Assembly (NCBI RefSeq): GCF_009914755.1
Contig: NC_060947.1
Reading direction: 5' to 3' (one strand)
Length of the DNA stretch: 64,000 nucleotides
DNA from: the human T2T-CHM13v2.0 reference genome, Homo sapiens
The notes beneath the pieces were generated by a model, which had not been told where the DNA came from, did not search any database, and saw nothing but the letters and a program-made list of their open reading frames with translations. The position numbers and the translations under genes are program-made. Of this stretch, positions 61,414 to 64,000 are shown one piece after another. Numbering within the stretch: position 1 is the stretch's first letter; each line of letters opens with the position of its first letter.

Positions 61414-61580
61414 TCAGAAAGGCATGGGTCCCTTATGGGAGAGGCGGGGCCGCTGGCGGCGGAATTTCCTCCGACCTCCCTGCCAGGGCCCTGGCCCATT
61501 CCTTGACCCTCTGGGCTGCACCAGGTGGCGGACATTGCCGTCTTCCAGCCCATTCCCATCGGGAAGCGGCATCAGGGACC
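61414..61580 (-). CDS. APLN: APLN exon 2 coding part: (G)SLMPLPDGNGLEDGNVRHLVQPRGSRNGPGPWQGGRRKFRRQRPRLSHKGPMPF* (proapelin; apelin-13 at 61417-61455)
   Basis: Exact apelin-13 QRPRLSHKGPMPF with dibasic cleavage sites. Acceptor cttcctgcAG at 61582-61581. TGA at 61416-61414. Donor AG|GTACTT after 61409. Confidence 0.98.
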
Positions 61581-64000
61581 CTGCAGGAAGGAGAAAGCCT
61601 GTTAGTGAGGAAGGTTGTTGGAAACGGGCAGGGGCTGCAGACCACAGGCCCGCGGGAGGGGTGGTCTGTCCATGTGGTGGCACTTCTCATAGATTTTCTT
61701 TGTTTCTTTTTTTCATATTGAGGGAAAATTTGCCATTTCTGCACTGTCCTGGGACAAACGGAACCTACTACTCACATCTTGCCATTGATGTAGCTGACTT
61801 TCTGTCCTTTTGACAGTTATATCATGTTTCTGACAGGCACAAGTGGGTTCTTTCTTTGGAACGTCATTGGGGGGTGTGCACTTTGGGTTGTCACGCCTGT
61901 ACTTGGCTGGGGGGCAGGAGGCAGTAATCACCACGGCACCCCTGCAACTGGTACACTTCAAACATTTCAGACATATGACATTACAATGACCCTCCCACCG
62001 CCATGGACCCATCACCCAGATTCAACAGTTATCCAGATGGAGTCACATATGCTTTAGTTATCCCTTTTCTATTTTCCTTGACTGCAGTATTTTAAAGCAA
62101 ATCCCGAACATCACGTCATTGTACTCCTACATCCTTTGATATGCAGGATGACCCACTTGTGAGTACTAGGGAGCTCATATCTCGCCCCTGGGTGTCTCAT
62201 CGGTGGTTAGGCATCTCTAGGGCGCCAAGTCCTCCCAGTGGATGGGGCTGGGCCAGGCGGGTTAAGGGGGAGAGGTCTCTGACTCAGCCTGCCTCATGCT
62301 GTGACCAGATTTAGAGACCTGAGACCAGATTTAGAGACCAATAAATATTGCATGAATATTTGAGAATGAATAAATGAAACAATGGTCACCTTCAGCAGCA
62401 TGTCTGTGCACCAGGAGGGGGGTGGGCTGTTGCAGTTGGTACCTCCCCACCAATGCCCTACCTCCTGAAATTCCCAGATCACACCCTGCATCCTGTGTCT
62501 CATGTAAATTCCTTCCATTTCAATCCCAGCTGGCTTCTATTCTGCACTCTGGGGCTCCTCTTTACATCTGTCCACATCTGTCAGGAGGCTTAGAGTAGAG
62601 GCCTCCTGACACCAGACTGAGCCCTGACAATGGAATCCAAGTGGTGCAGGGTATCCTTGGGTGCAGTGAGGGAAAAGGCATGCAGGCCGACTCTCGTGAA
62701 GCCTGCAGTCCATGCAGGGAAGCTGAGCTGCCACCCCCAAGACAAGCCTGGCTGGTGGTGGCAGGCAGTGTGTGGAGATGAGATGGTGCTGGGGAAGAGG
62801 CAGCCAGGCAGGGTACTTGTGCAATGTCCAGTACAGGCCTGTGCAGATACAGCATCTGAGGCCAGAGATAATGAATAACAGTCTCTCTCCCCCTGCACAC
62901 CATCTGATTTGCCTGCATCTAGATCCCTGTCCCTCGAGCCCCATTGCCATCTACCCAGGAATTCCCACCACTTGCTCACAGTTTCCATAGAGCCTCCCAT
63001 TGGCTGCTCACACCCCAATCATACCCCTGGCAGCTCCCCCTTCCCCTCTGCCTCTGCCTCCAACATCCCCACGCTCTGTTCCTTCCTTGGCTCCTTGGTT
63101 TTTGTGAGTCCTCCTCTGCTTGCACACAATTTCCAAGTGTTCAGCCTCCTCTTGGGCCAAAAGTGGGTGGGTTTGGCCTTAGGGCCCTCTTCCCCCAGGC
63201 TTCTGAGCCTGCAGTTCTCCCCACTCACACCCAGACATACCCACCCCCTCCACACACACACACATAAACACATATTCTCCAAGCCTGCACCCTCCTTCCC
63301 TCTTTCCCCAAGAAAAATTGCCAGGCCCATGAGGACCCCGCTGTTGACTTGGGTCATTTGGTTAACTAGCCACACTTCCGTGCCAACTTATCCCTTAAAT
63401 TCATAACCTATGAGAATTAAAAGAAGAATTATCTTAGCACTTTGGAGCAGTAAGTATGGATGGAACAAGGGGGCTGCTTCTGTCTGACTGTCATAGAGCT
63501 ACCCTCTTGGCGCCATCTGTGAGGGGGCTGGGGCTGGAGAGGGAAAGGAAGGAAAGACCTTCACTAAGCTCCCCACTGCAGCTGCTTCAGCCTCTGCCTT
63601 GAGTTCTGGGGTCCCCACAAGGCTCACCCTGATCACTGAGGGCGGATCTGAATGATGCTGATAAGGAGCAGGGGAAGGACCTAGGGGCCTTGTGAAGTGA
63701 ACCAAGTCAACACTTGGCTCTCACCTCTGCACCTTCGACTGCTGGGGGTGCAGAAGGGATGGGGCAGTGGTGCAGGCCATTGTAGCTCAGGGTGGTGGCA
63801 GACATGGAGAAGAGAAGCATGGTGCCAGGAGGGGGAGGGCATCATCTCCAGGTGCTCAGATTGTGAGTGTCTGGCAGTCAGAAAGGGAGGGCTAGAGGCC
63901 ATATGTCAGGATGGGGAGCAGGGTTGGTGGCTCTGGCCAGGAAGATGTCTAGACTCTAGGTCTGCAGAGAAGAACCACTCTGAGCTGACTGAACCCCCAG
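61581..64000 (-). other. APLN: APLN intron 1 (partial); the signal-peptide exon lies outside the window
   Basis: Upstream of the exon 2 acceptor. No MNLRLCVQ-type start exon is seen in the window. Confidence 0.85.
62303..62339 (+). repeat. 20-bp-period direct repeat gaccagatttagagacc x2
   Basis: Identical 17-mers at 62303 and 62323. Confidence 0.85.

Noticed and set aside
61581-61683. N-terminal extension MPPHGQTT... of the apelin ORF
   Set aside because: Intronic read-through upstream of a clear AG acceptor. It starts at a non-ATG codon and has no signal peptide; the true start is in exon 1, outside the window.

Overview
Human-type (primate) genomic DNA, recognised from memory as the OCRL-APLN interval on Xq26. 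Positions 964-3055 (+) hold the last four coding exons of OCRL (Lowe syndrome inositol 5-phosphatase, C-terminal RhoGAP-like domain ending ...LLGSEED*), followed by its 3'UTR to about 5340. Positions ~58135-64000 (-) hold APLN (apelin): the 3'UTR exon, the coding exon for apelin-36/17/13, and part of intron 1. APLN exon 1 lies beyond the window. The ~53 kb between the two convergent genes is repeat-rich intergenic DNA (about 20 Alus, L1, L2, MIR, MaLR LTRs, MER DNA transposons), and nearly all other ORFs in the track are spurious. I find no new multi-gene system. The signals most worth checking are: a U12-type minor intron in OCRL; a cluster of near-perfect RFX X-boxes at 45.5-47.8 kb; convergent CTCF-consensus motifs; two local templated duplications with microhomology or hairpin junctions; and a CUG repeat plus a signal-peptide-like small ORF in the APLN 3'UTR. 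Repeat subfamily names are by-eye calls and repeat boundaries are approximate.
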